Below are positions 18,755-34,281 of a DNA stretch of 64,000 nucleotides, one piece after another (position 1 is the first letter of the stretch; every line of letters starts with the position of its first letter). This stretch comes from Planctomycetota bacterium (lineage in GTDB: Bacteria > Planctomycetota > PLA2 > JAEUHO01), in NCBI GenBank assembly GCA_050248855.1, contig JBFWRP010000006.1, positions 32,001 through 96,000 of the forward strand, read 5' to 3'. Below the pieces are notes generated by a model, which ran no database searches, was not told the origin of the DNA, and saw nothing but the letters and a program-made list of their open reading frames with translations. The translations under genes and the position numbers were made by a program.

Positions 18755-21700
18755 GCAACGACAAGTCCCTGCCGTGGATCAAGGATGTCGTGAAGCCCCG
18801 CTCCCGCGGCTGGGAAGAGTTCTATCGCAACCGCTGGCAGCACGACAAGGTCGTCCGTTCGACGCACGGCGTCAACTGCACCGGCGGCTGCACGTGGATG
18901 ATCCACGTCAAGGACGGCATCGTCACGTGGGAGATGCAGGGCTTGGACTATCCAAGGCTCGAGAGCGGCATCCCACCGTACGAGCCTCGCGGTTGCCAGC
19001 GCGGCATCTCGTACAGCTGGTACCTCTACAGCCCGCTGCGCGTGAAGTACCCGTACGTACGCGGCGCCTTGCTCGATCTCTGGCGGGAGGCCAAGGGACA
19101 CCACACCGATCCCGTCGAGGCTTGGGCCTGGATGGTGTCGAGCGAGGAGCGCCGCCAGCGCTGGCAGCGGGCGCGCGGCAAGGGCGGGCTTCGACGCAGC
19201 ACGTGGGACACGGTGCTGGAGATGATCGCGGCTGCGAACGTGCACACCATCAAGGAGCACGGCCCCGACCGCATCGCGGGCTTCTCGCCGATCCCCGCGA
19301 TGAGCATGATCAGCTACGCGGCAGGCGCGCGCATGCTGCAGCTGATGGGCGGGGTCGCGCTTTCGTTCTACGACTGGTACTGCGACCTGCCCAACGCATC
19401 CCCCGAGACGTGGGGGGAACAGACCGACGTCAACGAGAGCGCAGACTGGTTCAACGCCAAGCTCCTGGCGGTCATGGGCTCGAACCTCAACATGACGCGG
19501 ACGCCCGACTGCCACTTTGCCGCCGAGGCGCGCACGAACGGCACGAAGATGTACGTCTTCTCGCCGGACTTCAACCAGGTTGCCAAGTACGCAGACACCT
19601 GGATCTCGCTCAATGCGGGCCAGGACGGTGCATGGTGGATGGCCGTCAACCACGTCCTCCTCAAGGAGCTCCACCACGACCGCCAGGTTCCGTACTTCAC
19701 CGAGTACGCCAAGCAGTACACGGATGCTCCCTTCTTGGTCGAGCTCGTCGAGAAGGACGGCATCCATGCCCCGGGCCAGCTCCTCAGGGCGGGCCGCCTA
19801 ACGCGCTACCGCGACGAGGAGAACGGCGGCTGGAAGTTCCTGGTGTGGGACGCGAACGCCGATGCGCCGCGGATGCCCAAGGGCAGCGTCGGCCATCGCT
19901 GGCAGGGCCAGAAGGGGCAGTGGAACCTCAAGCTCGAGGACGGGCTGGACGACTCCCCGCTCGACCCGGTCCTGACGTCCCTGGGCGAGGGTCAGGACAC
20001 CCTGGTCGAGCTGGATGACTTCGCGGCGGGATGCCGACGTCAGCGGGGTGTTCCGGCCCGGCGCATCGAGCTGGACGACGGTTCGAGCGTGCTGGTCGCG
20101 ACCGTCCACGATCTCCTCATGGCGCAGTACGGCGTGCCCCGCGGGCTCTCGGGTGACTACCCCGTCGACTACGACGACGCCGACGCGCCCTACACGCCCG
20201 CGTGGAGCGAGAAGTACACGGGCATGGCCCGCAAGGACCTGATCCAGTTCGCACGCGAGTGGGGGAGCACGGCCGAGCACACCCGCGGGAAGTGCACGAT
20301 CATCATCGGCGCGGGCGTCAACCACTGGTACCACGCCAATCTGATGTACCGGGCGGGGATCCACGCCCTGCTGTTCTGCGGGTGCGTAGGCGTCAACGGT
20401 GGTGGCTTGGCCCACTACGTCGGTCAGGAAAAGCTCGCTCCCCAGGAGCCTTGGAGCGCGATGGCGTTCGCCAAGGACTGGTACGGTGCCGCCCGGCTGC
20501 AGAACGCACCTTCGTGGCACTACGTGCACAGCGACCAATGGCGCTACGAGCGGGAATTCACCGACTACCACACGGTCCCTGGTGGACAGCCCGAGGACAG
20601 CTTGGCGCGCGGGCACACCATGGACGCCCAGGTCCGGGCCGTGCGCAACGGGTGGCTGCCGTTCTACCCCCAGTTCGACCGGAGTCCGCTGCGCGTGGCC
20701 GAAGAGGCCCAGGCCGCCGGCGCCCGGAGCGATGCCGACATCGTGAAGAACGTGGCCGAGCGACTCGTCTCCCGCGATCTCAAGTTTGCCGTGGAAGACC
20801 CGGATGCGCCCTCGGCCTGGCCGCGGATCTGGTTCATCTGGCGGGGCAACGCGCTGATGTCCTCCAGCAAGGGGCACGAGTACTTCCTCAAGCACTACCT
20901 CGGTACGCACCACAACGACATCGCGACACCCATTGCGAAGGACCACGTCAGGGAAGTGGCGTGGCACGAGCACGCGCCGATGGGCAAGATGGACCTGGTC
21001 GTCGATCTCAACTTCCGCATGGACACGTCGGCGCTGTACAGCGACATCGTCCTTCCGGCGGCCACCTGGTACGAGAAGGCCGACCTCAACTCGACCGACA
21101 TGCACTCGTTCATCCATCCCCTGGCGCCGGCGGTTCCGCCGTGCTGGGAATCGAAGTCGGACTGGGCGATCTTCCGCAGCATCGCGCAGCGATTCAGCGA
21201 GCTGGCGGTCAAGCACTTCCCCAAGCCCGTCAAGGACGTCCTGACCGGACCGCTGCTGCATGACACGCCGGCCGAGATCGCCCAGCCCTCCATGCAGGAC
21301 TGGGTGGATGGCGGCGTCGAGGCCGTTCCGGGCCGCACGATGCCCACCCTCCAGGTCGTCACGCGCAGCTACCCGGACCTCTACCGGCAGTTCATCTCGC
21401 TCGGCCCCTTGGTTCGCGAGAAGGGGCTGGGTGCCCACGGGACCCACTACGACTGCGCCGACTTCTACGACGAGATGCTGGCGACCTGGCCCGTGGAGCG
21501 GTGGGGCGGCAAGGCCTATCCGTCCATCAAGGACGACCTGCAGGCCTGCAACGCCATCCTGCGCCTGGCTACCGTCACCAACGGCGAGCTGGCTTGGCGC
21601 AGCTACAAGGACATGGAGGAGAAGACCGGTCTTCCGCTCGTCCACCTGGCCGAGCCGACGCGGGCGCTCCGCACGGATTTCGCGGCGATCCAGGCGCGAC

Positions 21701-22392
21701 CGCAGCGGTTCATCAACAGCCCGATGTGGTCGGGTCTCGTCGACCAGGGTCGGGCCTATGCACCCTTCACGTTCCAGAAGGAAGCGCTCGTCCCGTGGCG
21801 CACGCTCACGGGTCGTCAGCACCTCTACCTCGACCATCCGGGGTACATCCAGTTCGGCGAACACCTGCCGACGTACAAGCCCAAGCCCTTGCCGACGGAA
21901 TACTCGGACCTGCGCGTGAGCACGCCCGACGGCCCGACGCTGATGCTCAACTACCTGACGCCCCACGGCAAGTGGCACATCCACAGCACGTACGGCGACA
22001 ACGAGCGCATGACCACGCTCTCGCGCGGCTGCGAGCCGTTCTGGATGAACGACAAGGACGCCGAGAGCCTGAACATCGACGACAACGACTACGTCGAGGT
22101 CTACAACGACCACGGCGTCGTCGTGACCCGGGCCGCTGTCTCGGCGCGCATCCCGCGCGGGATCTGCATCATCTACCACAGCCCCGAGCGCACGTACGGC
22201 GTGCCGCGCTCGCCGCTGCGCGGCAACCGGCGCGCGGGTGGCCACAACAGCCTGACCCGTACGCGGCTGAAGCCCAACCTCATGGTCGGGGGCTACGGGC
22301 AGTTCTCGTACCACTTCAACTACTGGGGACCCACGGGCTGCAACCGCGATACCCACATTCTCGTGCGCAAGCTCCCCGTGCTCCGCTGGTAG
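18751..22392 (+). CDS. narG: Respiratory nitrate reductase alpha subunit (cytoplasm-facing Nar/NXR-like clade)
   Basis: [34 protein letters not shown] and [10 protein letters not shown]; no Tat signal. Confidence 0.96.
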   Translation: MSNDKSLPWIKDVVKPRSRGWEEFYRNRWQHDKVVRSTHGVNCTGGCTWMIHVKDGIVTWEMQGLDYPRLESGIPPYEPRGCQRGISYSWYLYSPLRVKYPYVRGALLDLWREAKGHHTDPVEAWAWMVSSEERRQRWQRARGKGGLRRSTWDTVLEMIAAANVHTIKEHGPDRIAGFSPIPAMSMISYAAGARMLQLMGGVALSFYDWYCDLPNASPETWGEQTDVNESADWFNAKLLAVMGSNLNMTRTPDCHFAAEARTNGTKMYVFSPDFNQVAKYADTWISLNAGQDGAWWMAVNHVLLKELHHDRQVPYFTEYAKQYTDAPFLVELVEKDGIHAPGQLLRAGRLTRYRDEENGGWKFLVWDANADAPRMPKGSVGHRWQGQKGQWNLKLEDGLDDSPLDPVLTSLGEGQDTLVELDDFAAGCRRQRGVPARRIELDDGSSVLVATVHDLLMAQYGVPRGLSGDYPVDYDDADAPYTPAWSEKYTGMARKDLIQFAREWGSTAEHTRGKCTIIIGAGVNHWYHANLMYRAGIHALLFCGCVGVNGGGLAHYVGQEKLAPQEPWSAMAFAKDWYGAARLQNAPSWHYVHSDQWRYEREFTDYHTVPGGQPEDSLARGHTMDAQVRAVRNGWLPFYPQFDRSPLRVAEEAQAAGARSDADIVKNVAERLVSRDLKFAVEDPDAPSAWPRIWFIWRGNALMSSSKGHEYFLKHYLGTHHNDIATPIAKDHVREVAWHEHAPMGKMDLVVDLNFRMDTSALYSDIVLPAATWYEKADLNSTDMHSFIHPLAPAVPPCWESKSDWAIFRSIAQRFSELAVKHFPKPVKDVLTGPLLHDTPAEIAQPSMQDWVDGGVEAVPGRTMPTLQVVTRSYPDLYRQFISLGPLVREKGLGAHGTHYDCADFYDEMLATWPVERWGGKAYPSIKDDLQACNAILRLATVTNGELAWRSYKDMEEKTGLPLVHLAEPTRALRTDFAAIQARPQRFINSPMWSGLVDQGRAYAPFTFQKEALVPWRTLTGRQHLYLDHPGYIQFGEHLPTYKPKPLPTEYSDLRVSTPDGPTLMLNYLTPHGKWHIHSTYGDNERMTTLSRGCEPFWMNDKDAESLNIDDNDYVEVYNDHGVVVTRAAVSARIPRGICIIYHSPERTYGVPRSPLRGNRRAGGHNSLTRTRLKPNLMVGGYGQFSYHFNYWGPTGCNRDTHILVRKLPVLRW

Positions 22393-22400
22393 GAGGGTCC

Positions 22401-23894
22401 ATGGACGTTCGTTCGCAGATCTCGATGGTCTTCCACCTCGACAAGTGCATCGGATGCCACACCTGCAGCATCGCGTGCAAGAACGTGTGGACGGACCGCA
22501 AGGGCACGGAGTACATGTGGTGGAACAACGTCGAGACGAAGCCTGGTACGGGCTTCCCCACCAAGTGGGAGGACCAGCGCGAGTACCGCGGCGGCTGGGA
22601 GCTGGACGATGAAGGCAACCTGCGTCTGAAGTCGACGAGCAGGGCACGCATCGTGCCCAACATCTTCCACAACCCGCACATGCCGTCCATGGACGACTAC
22701 TACGAGCCGTGGACCTACAAGTACGAGGACTTGTTCAACGCTCCCGAGGGCGATGACCAGCCGACCGCCATCCCGATCTCGAAGGTCACGGGCAACCCGA
22801 TGTCCATCGAGGCCGGACCCAACTGGGACGACGACCTGGGAGGCTCTCCCGTCTACGCGGCGAACGACCCCAACCTGGAGGGGCTGACACCGCAGGAGCG
22901 CGAGCAGCTGTTCGCCATCGAGCGGCTCGTGTTCTTCTACTTCCCGCGGATCTGCAACCACTGCCTGAACCCCTCGTGCGTGGCCTCGTGCCCGAGTGGC
23001 GCGCTGTACAAGCGCGGAGAGGACGGCATCGTCCTCATCGACCAGAAGGTCTGCCGGGCATGGCGCTCGTGCGTCGCGGCCTGCCCCTACAAGAAGACGT
23101 ACTTCAACTGGCAGACCGGGAAGTCGGAGAAGTGCATCCTCTGCTTCCCACGGCTGGAGACGGGCCAGGCACCTGCTTGCTTCCACTCGTGTGTCGGGCG
23201 CATCCGCTACCTGGGCGTCATGCTGTACGACGCCGAGCGCATCGAGGAGGTGGCCAAGCTGCCCGCGGAGCAGATGATCGAGGCGCAACGCGAGATGCTG
23301 CTCGATCCGAACGACCCGGAAGTCGTTCGACAGGCCCGCGCGAACGGCGTCCACGACAGTGTGATCGAGGCCGCCCAGCGCTCGCCCGTCTACCAGTTCG
23401 TGAAGCTCTGGAAGATCGCCCTCCCGCCGCACATCGAGTGGCGAACCCTGCCCATGCTCTTCTACGTACCTCCGCTGCTTCCGGTCATGAGTCGCCGTGA
23501 GGGAGAGACGATCGCCTCGTCGACGGACTCGTTCTTCCATCCCGTCGAGCAGGCTCGCGCTCCGATGGGCTACCTCGCGAACCTGCTGGGCGGCGGCAAC
23601 ACGGGCCATGTCACCTACGCGCTGCGCAAGCAGATGGCCGTTCGCCTCTACCGTCGCTCGCGCACCGTGGGCGACGTCGACGACGCGGTCCTGGCAGACG
23701 TCCTGCGCGAAGCGGACACGACCGAGGACGAGTGCGAGGCGATCTACCGTCTCACCGCGCTCTGCACGTTCGACGAGCGCTTCGTCATCCCGCCGGCCCA
23801 CCGGGAAGAAGCCATCGAGATGATGAAGGAGCCGCACGAGCACCGGCAGAGCGCCGGGTTCGGGTTCCTCTCGGGACCGAGGAGGGGGTTGTGA
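22401..23894 (+). CDS. narH: Nitrate reductase beta subunit
   Basis: DKCIGCHTCSIACKNVW, PRICNHCLNPSCVASCPSG, CRAWRSCVAACPYKK and SEKCILCFPR. Confidence 0.97.
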   Translation: MDVRSQISMVFHLDKCIGCHTCSIACKNVWTDRKGTEYMWWNNVETKPGTGFPTKWEDQREYRGGWELDDEGNLRLKSTSRARIVPNIFHNPHMPSMDDYYEPWTYKYEDLFNAPEGDDQPTAIPISKVTGNPMSIEAGPNWDDDLGGSPVYAANDPNLEGLTPQEREQLFAIERLVFFYFPRICNHCLNPSCVASCPSGALYKRGEDGIVLIDQKVCRAWRSCVAACPYKKTYFNWQTGKSEKCILCFPRLETGQAPACFHSCVGRIRYLGVMLYDAERIEEVAKLPAEQMIEAQREMLLDPNDPEVVRQARANGVHDSVIEAAQRSPVYQFVKLWKIALPPHIEWRTLPMLFYVPPLLPVMSRREGETIASSTDSFFHPVEQARAPMGYLANLLGGGNTGHVTYALRKQMAVRLYRRSRTVGDVDDAVLADVLREADTTEDECEAIYRLTALCTFDERFVIPPAHREEAIEMMKEPHEHRQSAGFGFLSGPRRGL

Positions 23895-24523
23895 GCCAGG
23901 CGGCCAACCCTGTGTGGGGATCGGTGGGGGACCTCCTCCTGTACCCGGACGCGCACGCCGAGGACGACATGCGCATGTCGGCCGATCTCGTGGCCGCGGC
24001 ATTCCCCGATCTCCTCGGCCGCGCGGGCCGGGGCTTCGGCGAGTGGCTGGCCAGCGTCGGCCCGTCCGACCGCGAGGAGCTGTTCACGCGAACGTTCGAC
24101 ATCAACCCCACGTGTTCCCTCGAGCTGGGGTGGCACCTCTACGGGGAGGACTACAAGCGCGGCAGCTTCTTGGTCGACATGCGACGTCTCATGGCGTCCC
24201 TGGGCATCGAGGAGACGCGGGAGCTCCCGGACCACGTCGTGCACGCGCTCCGGGCGCTCGAGCGACTGCCCCGCGTCAAGGCCCAGTGCTTCTCCCTCGG
24301 CTACGTGCAGCCGGCCCTGGCCAAGATGGTCCAGGGCCTGGAAGCGGCTCCCGGGCCCTGGCGGGACGTCGTCGCGGGGCTGCTGCAGGCGCTCGAGGCC
24401 GCGTACGGCCCGACCCCGGCGACCCCCGCTGCACCGTCGGCCGAGGCGTCGGGCCCCTACGCCGCGGGCCGTGCCTCGGTGGGCGAGGCACGGGTTGCTC
24501 CGGGAGGCTGCCATGCCCGGTAG
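23891..24523 (+). CDS. narJ: Nitrate reductase molybdenum cofactor assembly chaperone
   Basis: GTGA overlap; LLLYP, LFTRTFD, GWHLYGEDYKRG and ELPDH. Confidence 0.88.
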   Translation: MSQAANPVWGSVGDLLLYPDAHAEDDMRMSADLVAAAFPDLLGRAGRGFGEWLASVGPSDREELFTRTFDINPTCSLELGWHLYGEDYKRGSFLVDMRRLMASLGIEETRELPDHVVHALRALERLPRVKAQCFSLGYVQPALAKMVQGLEAAPGPWRDVVAGLLQALEAAYGPTPATPAAPSAEASGPYAAGRASVGEARVAPGGCHAR

Positions 24524-25244
24524 CGACGGATTCCACCATCTGGACGTGATCCTGTACGCCGTGCTGCCATACATCGCGATGTTCGTCTTCTTCTTGATGA
24601 CGATCTACCGCTACAGGACGCAGTCGTTCAGCTACTCCAGCCTCTCGTCGCAGTTCCTGGAGAACGACAAGCACTTCTGGAGCACGGTCCCGTTCCACTA
24701 CGGGATCCTGTTCGTGCTGCTTGGGCATGTCGTGGCCTTCCTGGTGCCACGCGCGATCCTGGCGTGGAACGGTTCGCCCCTGCGCCTCATGATCCTCGAG
24801 GTCACGGCGATGGCTGCCGGCCTCCTCACGCTCGTGGGGCTGATCAGCCTCATCGTCCGCCGCTTGGTCGTCCCGCGCGTACGCCGCGTGACCACCCCCG
24901 TGGACGGCATCCTCTACGCCCTGTTGTTGTTCCAGGTCGTGACGGGGCTCACGATCGCGTACCACCACACGTGGGGCTCGTCGTGGTTCGCCTCGACGCT
25001 CTCCCCGTACTTGTGGTCGCTGGTCAAGCTTGACCCCGACATCTCGTTCGTCGTGCCCATGCCGCTGTTCGTCAAGCTCCACATCCTGGGGAACTGGGCG
25101 CTGATCCTGATCTTCCCCTTCACGCGGCTGGTGCACGTCCTGGTCATTCCCAACGCCTACCTGTTCCGCAAGACGCAGGTGGTGCGGTGGAACCATCACC
25201 GGCGGGAGATCCGTCGTCCGCCGGGCACCGAGAAGGCGTCTTGA
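24513..25244 (+). CDS. narI: Nitrate reductase gamma subunit (cytochrome b)
   Basis: SSLSSQFLE, FHYGILFVLLGH, KLHI and FPFTRLVH. Confidence 0.95.
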   Translation: MPGSDGFHHLDVILYAVLPYIAMFVFFLMTIYRYRTQSFSYSSLSSQFLENDKHFWSTVPFHYGILFVLLGHVVAFLVPRAILAWNGSPLRLMILEVTAMAAGLLTLVGLISLIVRRLVVPRVRRVTTPVDGILYALLLFQVVTGLTIAYHHTWGSSWFASTLSPYLWSLVKLDPDISFVVPMPLFVKLHILGNWALILIFPFTRLVHVLVIPNAYLFRKTQVVRWNHHRREIRRPPGTEKAS

Positions 25245-25291
25245 CGCAGATCCGAGGCCGCCGGCAGGAGGGGCCAAGAACCAGGAGCGCC

Positions 25292-26944
25292 ATGGCACGC
25301 AGGAAGCCCATCGACCGCTGGGAGGTAGAGGACGAGGCGTTCTGGCGCGAGTCGGGAAGCGCGATCGCGTCCCGCAACCTCTGGATCTCGGTGCCCAACC
25401 TGCTCTGCGGGTTCGCGGTATGGCTGTTCTGGTCCGTGGTCATCGTGAAGATCCAGGAGCTCCACGAGGGCAATCCGCTGCTCTTCGACTTCCGGGGGCC
25501 CGACGGAGGTCGCCTCTCGGGCGACCAGTACCGCGCGCTCCTCTACTCGCTGCCCGCCGTCGGCGGCTTGGCGGGGGCGACGCTCCGCATCCCCAACTCG
25601 TTCATGGTGGCCATCACGGGCGGCCGCAACGTCGTGTTCCTCACGTCGCTTCTCCTCCTGCTCCCCGCGCTCGGAACGGGCTACGCGCTGTCGAGCCCGG
25701 ACCTCCCGTTCAGCACCTACATCATCCTGGCCACGCTCTCGGGGATCGGCGGCGGCGCGTTCGCCTCGTCGATGTCCAACATCAGCTTCTTCTTCCCCAA
25801 GCGCGTCCAGGGACTCAGCTTGGGCCTCAACGCCGGCCTGGGGAACCTCGGCGTCAGCGTGATGCAGTTCCTGCTTCCCCTGTCCATGACGGTCGGTCTG
25901 TTCGGCGCGCTGGGTGGTGACCCCCAGGTCCTGCGGCGCTTGGCGGCCGACGGGACCGTCACGTCGAGCTCGCTCTGGATCCAGAACGCCGGATGGGTGT
26001 GGGTGCCCATCCTCGTCGTCTTGGCCGTGGCGGCATGGCGAGGCATGGACAACCTGCCCGGGCTCCGTCCGTCCAGCACGCTGCGCGGGTGCGGCGCCAT
26101 GCTCTGGCTGGAGCTCCTCGGGCTCGTCGGAGCCGCAGCCGGCGTGTTCCTCCTCATGCACCCGTTTGGCCTGCCCGAGCTCCTGCGTACGTTCCTCCTG
26201 CTCGTTCTCGTCATCCTCGTGACGTTGGCGCTCATGCGCTGGGCGACGCCCGCGGGCACGCGCTCGAGCTTGAAGCGTCAGTTCGCCATCTTCCGGAACA
26301 AGCACAGCTGGATCATGACGTGGCTGTACGTCATGACCTTCGGTTCGTTCATCGGTTACAGCGCGGCCTTCCCCAAGCTCATCAAGGACGTGTTCGGCTA
26401 CGTGCGTGTCGACGAGGCCGGTGCGCCCCTGCTCCAGCAGGTCAGCGCGACCGGGGCGCCCAGTCCCCTGGCCTACGCTTGGCTGGGTCCACTTGTCGGG
26501 TCCCTTGTACGACCCCTGGGCGGTTGGCTCTCGGATCGCTTCGGAGGTGCCCGCGTCACGCATTGGACGACGGTGGTGATGATCGGTGCCGCCATCGCCG
26601 TGGGCGTCTTCGTCCACGAGGCGCGGAGCTCGCACGAACCCCAAGCCTACTTCCTGCCCTTCCTGCTCCTCTTCCTCCTGCTCTTCGTGACGACGGGGAT
26701 CGGCAACGGTTCCACGTTCCGGATGGTGCCGATCATCTTCGAGCCTTCGCAGGCCGGCCCCGTGCTGGGCTGGACCTCGGCCGTGGCGGCCTATGGAGCG
26801 TTTCTCGTTCCGACCCTCTTCGGGATGCAGATCCAGGCAGGTACGCCCGAGAACGCGTTGTACGGGTTCTCCGCCTACTACCTCAGCTGCCTGGCGGTGA
26901 ACTGGTGGTTCTACGCCCGCAAGGGTGCGGAGGTCCGTTGCTGA
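25292..26944 (+). CDS. narK: NarK2-type nitrate/nitrite antiporter
   Basis: WEVEDEAFW...RNLWIS, FASSMSNISFFFPK, NAGLGNLG, TFGSFIG and GIGNGSTF. Confidence 0.93.
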   Translation: MARRKPIDRWEVEDEAFWRESGSAIASRNLWISVPNLLCGFAVWLFWSVVIVKIQELHEGNPLLFDFRGPDGGRLSGDQYRALLYSLPAVGGLAGATLRIPNSFMVAITGGRNVVFLTSLLLLLPALGTGYALSSPDLPFSTYIILATLSGIGGGAFASSMSNISFFFPKRVQGLSLGLNAGLGNLGVSVMQFLLPLSMTVGLFGALGGDPQVLRRLAADGTVTSSSLWIQNAGWVWVPILVVLAVAAWRGMDNLPGLRPSSTLRGCGAMLWLELLGLVGAAAGVFLLMHPFGLPELLRTFLLLVLVILVTLALMRWATPAGTRSSLKRQFAIFRNKHSWIMTWLYVMTFGSFIGYSAAFPKLIKDVFGYVRVDEAGAPLLQQVSATGAPSPLAYAWLGPLVGSLVRPLGGWLSDRFGGARVTHWTTVVMIGAAIAVGVFVHEARSSHEPQAYFLPFLLLFLLLFVTTGIGNGSTFRMVPIIFEPSQAGPVLGWTSAVAAYGAFLVPTLFGMQIQAGTPENALYGFSAYYLSCLAVNWWFYARKGAEVRC

Positions 26945-27600
26945 TGGTGCCGCAACCGATCCGCGTCGTATTGCTCGGGGTCACCCTGGCGTTCGTCGGG
27001 GGGAGCTTGATCTCCCGCTTGGCGGACGCGCGCCTGCCCGGCAACAACACGGGCCATGCGCCCGTGCAGCCTCTGGCGTACTCGCATCGGCTCCATGCCG
27101 GCGAGCTCGGCATCGACTGTTCGTACTGCCACATGGGTGCGTCGCGCGGGCGTCACGCTGCCATCCCCTCGGCCGACGTCTGCATGGCGTGCCATCGCTC
27201 GGTTCGCGCCAGCCAGGAGGCCGTCAAAGCCGAGGAGCAGGCGGCCGCGGCGGAGGGCCGTACGCCGCGGACGATCGTCTCCGCCGAGCTGGCCAAGCTC
27301 TACGCCGCGCTGGGGCTGGACGATCAGCTGCGACCCGATCCACAGGCGACGCCCTCGCCGATCCCGTGGAAGCAGGTCCACGTGCTGCCCGAACACGCGC
27401 ACTTCGACCACAGCGTCCACATGGCCTCGGGGCTGAAGTGCCAGCAGTGCCACGGGCCCATCGAGACCATGGAACGCGTTCGCCAGCAGGAGAGGCTGAG
27501 CATGGGCTGGTGCATCGAGTGTCACCGTGCCGTGAACCGGGACGGCGTCGGCGGGCAACGCGTTGCCGCCTCCCTCGACTGCGCAGCCTGCCACTACTAG
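26944..27600 (+). CDS. actA: Alternative complex III pentaheme cytochrome c subunit
   Basis: Five CxxCH motifs (CSYCH, CMACH, CQQCH, CIECH, CAACH); QPLAYSHRLH and LSMGWC. Confidence 0.9.
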   Translation: MVPQPIRVVLLGVTLAFVGGSLISRLADARLPGNNTGHAPVQPLAYSHRLHAGELGIDCSYCHMGASRGRHAAIPSADVCMACHRSVRASQEAVKAEEQAAAAEGRTPRTIVSAELAKLYAALGLDDQLRPDPQATPSPIPWKQVHVLPEHAHFDHSVHMASGLKCQQCHGPIETMERVRQQERLSMGWCIECHRAVNRDGVGGQRVAASLDCAACHY

Positions 27601-27611
27601 GACGAGCGAAG

Positions 27612-31979
<4,368 letters not shown>

Positions 31980-31983
<4 letters not shown>

Positions 31984-32519
31984 GCAAGCGCTGGATCCAC
32001 GGGACGTTCGAGGACGAACACCGGCTGCTCGCCGCCACGTCCGCCGTCCGGGAGCAGGGCTACGAGGTCGAGGACGTCTTCACGCCGTATCCCGTCCACG
32101 GGCTGCCCGAGGCCATGGGACTCGAGCCTTCGCGCCTGGGCGTCGTCTGCTTCGTCATGGGTGCCGTCGGGTGTGCCTTGGCGCTCGCCTTCCAGTACTG
32201 GACGTCGGCGACGGACTGGCCGATCAACGTCGGGGGCAAGCCGTTTGACTCGTTGCCCGCCTTCGTGCCGATTGCGTTCGAGATCACGATCCTCTTCGCG
32301 GGGCTTGGCGTCGTCGTGGCCCTGTTCCTGCGCTGCCGGCTCGGACCCGGAGCTTCGTCCTTCCAGCCGGACCCCCGCGTGACGGACGACCGCTTCGTGC
32401 TCGTCGTGCGCTTGGAGGGCGCGACCCACACGGCTGCGGAGTGCCAGAGGCTCCTGGAAGCGTACGGAGCCGTACGGACCGAAGACCGCCTCGAGGAGCT
32501 GATCACATGGCCTCGCTGA
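31980..32519 (+). CDS. actD: Alternative complex III subunit D (DUF3341)
   Basis: [29 protein letters not shown] and DPRVTDDRF. Confidence 0.92.
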
Positions 32520-33115
32520 CGCCCTGGGAAGTCACGCTGGGACTCCTTCTGGGAGGCGCGCTGGTCCTCCACGTCGTGATCGACCCGGACCTCTCCCGGC
32601 GCAACGTGGAGGTGCTGCCGGACATGGCGCGCAGCCCGGCGTTCCACGCCCAGGAGCCCAACCCGTGGTTCCCCGATGGCAAGACGCTGCGGACGCCGGT
32701 GACAGGCACGGTGGCGCGTGGCCGGCTCCCCCTGATGGCGGACGGGGTGCTGTTGGACGTCGAGACACCGGAGTGGGCCAAGCTGTCGCCGGAGCAGCAG
32801 GCTGCCTGGGACGGGCTTGCGTCCCCTGCCGACCCCGGTGCCGGTCCGCCCGAGCGCGGACGGAACATCTTCAACCGCATCTGCGCAACGTGCCACGGAC
32901 TGGACGGGCAAGGGCGCACCCCATCGACGCAACGCGGCGTGCCTCCGCCGCCGCCGCTGACCACGCCCACCGTGCAGGGCATGAGCGACGGGAGGCTGTT
33001 CCGGGTGATCACGGCGGGACAGGGCAACATGGCGTCGCACGCGAACCACGTGACAAGGGAGGAGCGATGGCAGGTCATCCGATATCTGCGCACGCTGCGC
33101 CTGTCCGGCGAGTAG
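32507..33115 (+). CDS. actE: Alternative complex III monoheme cytochrome c subunit
   Basis: PDMARSP, PVTGTVARG, CATCH and MSDGRLFRVITAGQGNM. Confidence 0.88.
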   Translation: MASLTPWEVTLGLLLGGALVLHVVIDPDLSRRNVEVLPDMARSPAFHAQEPNPWFPDGKTLRTPVTGTVARGRLPLMADGVLLDVETPEWAKLSPEQQAAWDGLASPADPGAGPPERGRNIFNRICATCHGLDGQGRTPSTQRGVPPPPPLTTPTVQGMSDGRLFRVITAGQGNMASHANHVTREERWQVIRYLRTLRLSGE

Positions 33116-34281
33116 GCGGCCCCGCCGAGGACGTCGCGGCCCCGGGCCGTCGGCTCCTCCACGTTGCCGCAGCTGCGGCGGTGGTACTGGCCCTCGGGTG
33201 GGTCGTCGACCGTACGGCAGCAGGGGCGGCCGTGCTCGTCGCCACGCAAGTGGCGCTGGGCGTGGCGGTGGGGGCGGCGGTCGTGCTCGTGCTGGCCTAC
33301 GTGACGCGCGCTGGCTGGCTGGCGGCCGTCCGCCGTGCCCCCGAGGCCCTCATGATGTCCCTGCCCGTCCTGGCACCCGTCGTGCTGGTCGGCCTGGTGC
33401 TGGCCGTGCCGCTCTACCTCTGGACCGATGCGCACCTGGTGGCCCACGACGAGCTGCTCGCCCGCAAGTCGGGCTGGCTGAACGTCCCCGCGTTCCTGCT
33501 GAGGGCGGTGGTGATCCTGGCACTCTGGACGTGGTTGGCGACCCGCCTGCGGCGCCTTTCCCTCGCGCAAGATGACGGTCGCGCCGCGCCGGACGACGGC
33601 CGTGCCCTGCGCTGGTCGGCGGCGTTCCTCGCCGTTCTCGCCGTGACCTGGTCGGTGGCCAGCTTCGACTGGCTCATGTCGCTGCAACCCCATTGGTTCA
33701 GCACCATGTACGCCTGGGCCGGCTTGTCGGGTTCGATCGTCAGCGCTCTCGCCGCGACGACCCTCCTGGTGCTGTTCCTCGAGCGTAGCGGGCCCTTCCG
33801 CGGGATCCTCACCGAGCGGCATCGTCACGATCTCGGCAAGCTGCTGTTCGGGTTCTCGACGTTCTGGGCCTACCTGTGGTTCTGCCAGTACATGCTGATC
33901 TGGTACTCCCACATTCCCGAGGAGACGTCGTACTACGTCATCCGGACGTCGTCGACGTGGAGACCCCAGGTGTTTGCCTGTCTGGCGCTTGGCTGGGGCA
34001 TCCCCTTCCTCGGGTTGATGACGCGTCGTGCCAAGATCTCACGGCCCCGACTGGTGCTGATGTCGATCGCCTTGCTGCTCGGTCGCTGGCTGGACGTCCA
34101 TCTGATGGTCGCTCCCGCGGTGGGCTCGCCCCACTCGATCCTGTGGCAAGTGCCCGCGCTGATCGGGATGTTCGCGCTGCTCGTCTGGGCGTCACGTGCG
34201 GCGTTCGCGCGTGCCCCTCGGGTGCCCGTGGGCGATCCCTACCTGGTCGAGAGTCTTTCTCCCGAGGAGATTCCGGAATGA
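33067..34281 (+). CDS. actF: Alternative complex III membrane subunit F
   Basis: ATG after GGGAGGAG; FDWLMSLQPHWFSTM, HDLGKLLFGFSTFWAYLWFCQYMLIWY and GRWLD. Confidence 0.9.
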   Translation: MAGHPISAHAAPVRRVGGPAEDVAAPGRRLLHVAAAAAVVLALGWVVDRTAAGAAVLVATQVALGVAVGAAVVLVLAYVTRAGWLAAVRRAPEALMMSLPVLAPVVLVGLVLAVPLYLWTDAHLVAHDELLARKSGWLNVPAFLLRAVVILALWTWLATRLRRLSLAQDDGRAAPDDGRALRWSAAFLAVLAVTWSVASFDWLMSLQPHWFSTMYAWAGLSGSIVSALAATTLLVLFLERSGPFRGILTERHRHDLGKLLFGFSTFWAYLWFCQYMLIWYSHIPEETSYYVIRTSSTWRPQVFACLALGWGIPFLGLMTRRAKISRPRLVLMSIALLLGRWLDVHLMVAPAVGSPHSILWQVPALIGMFALLVWASRAAFARAPRVPVGDPYLVESLSPEEIPE

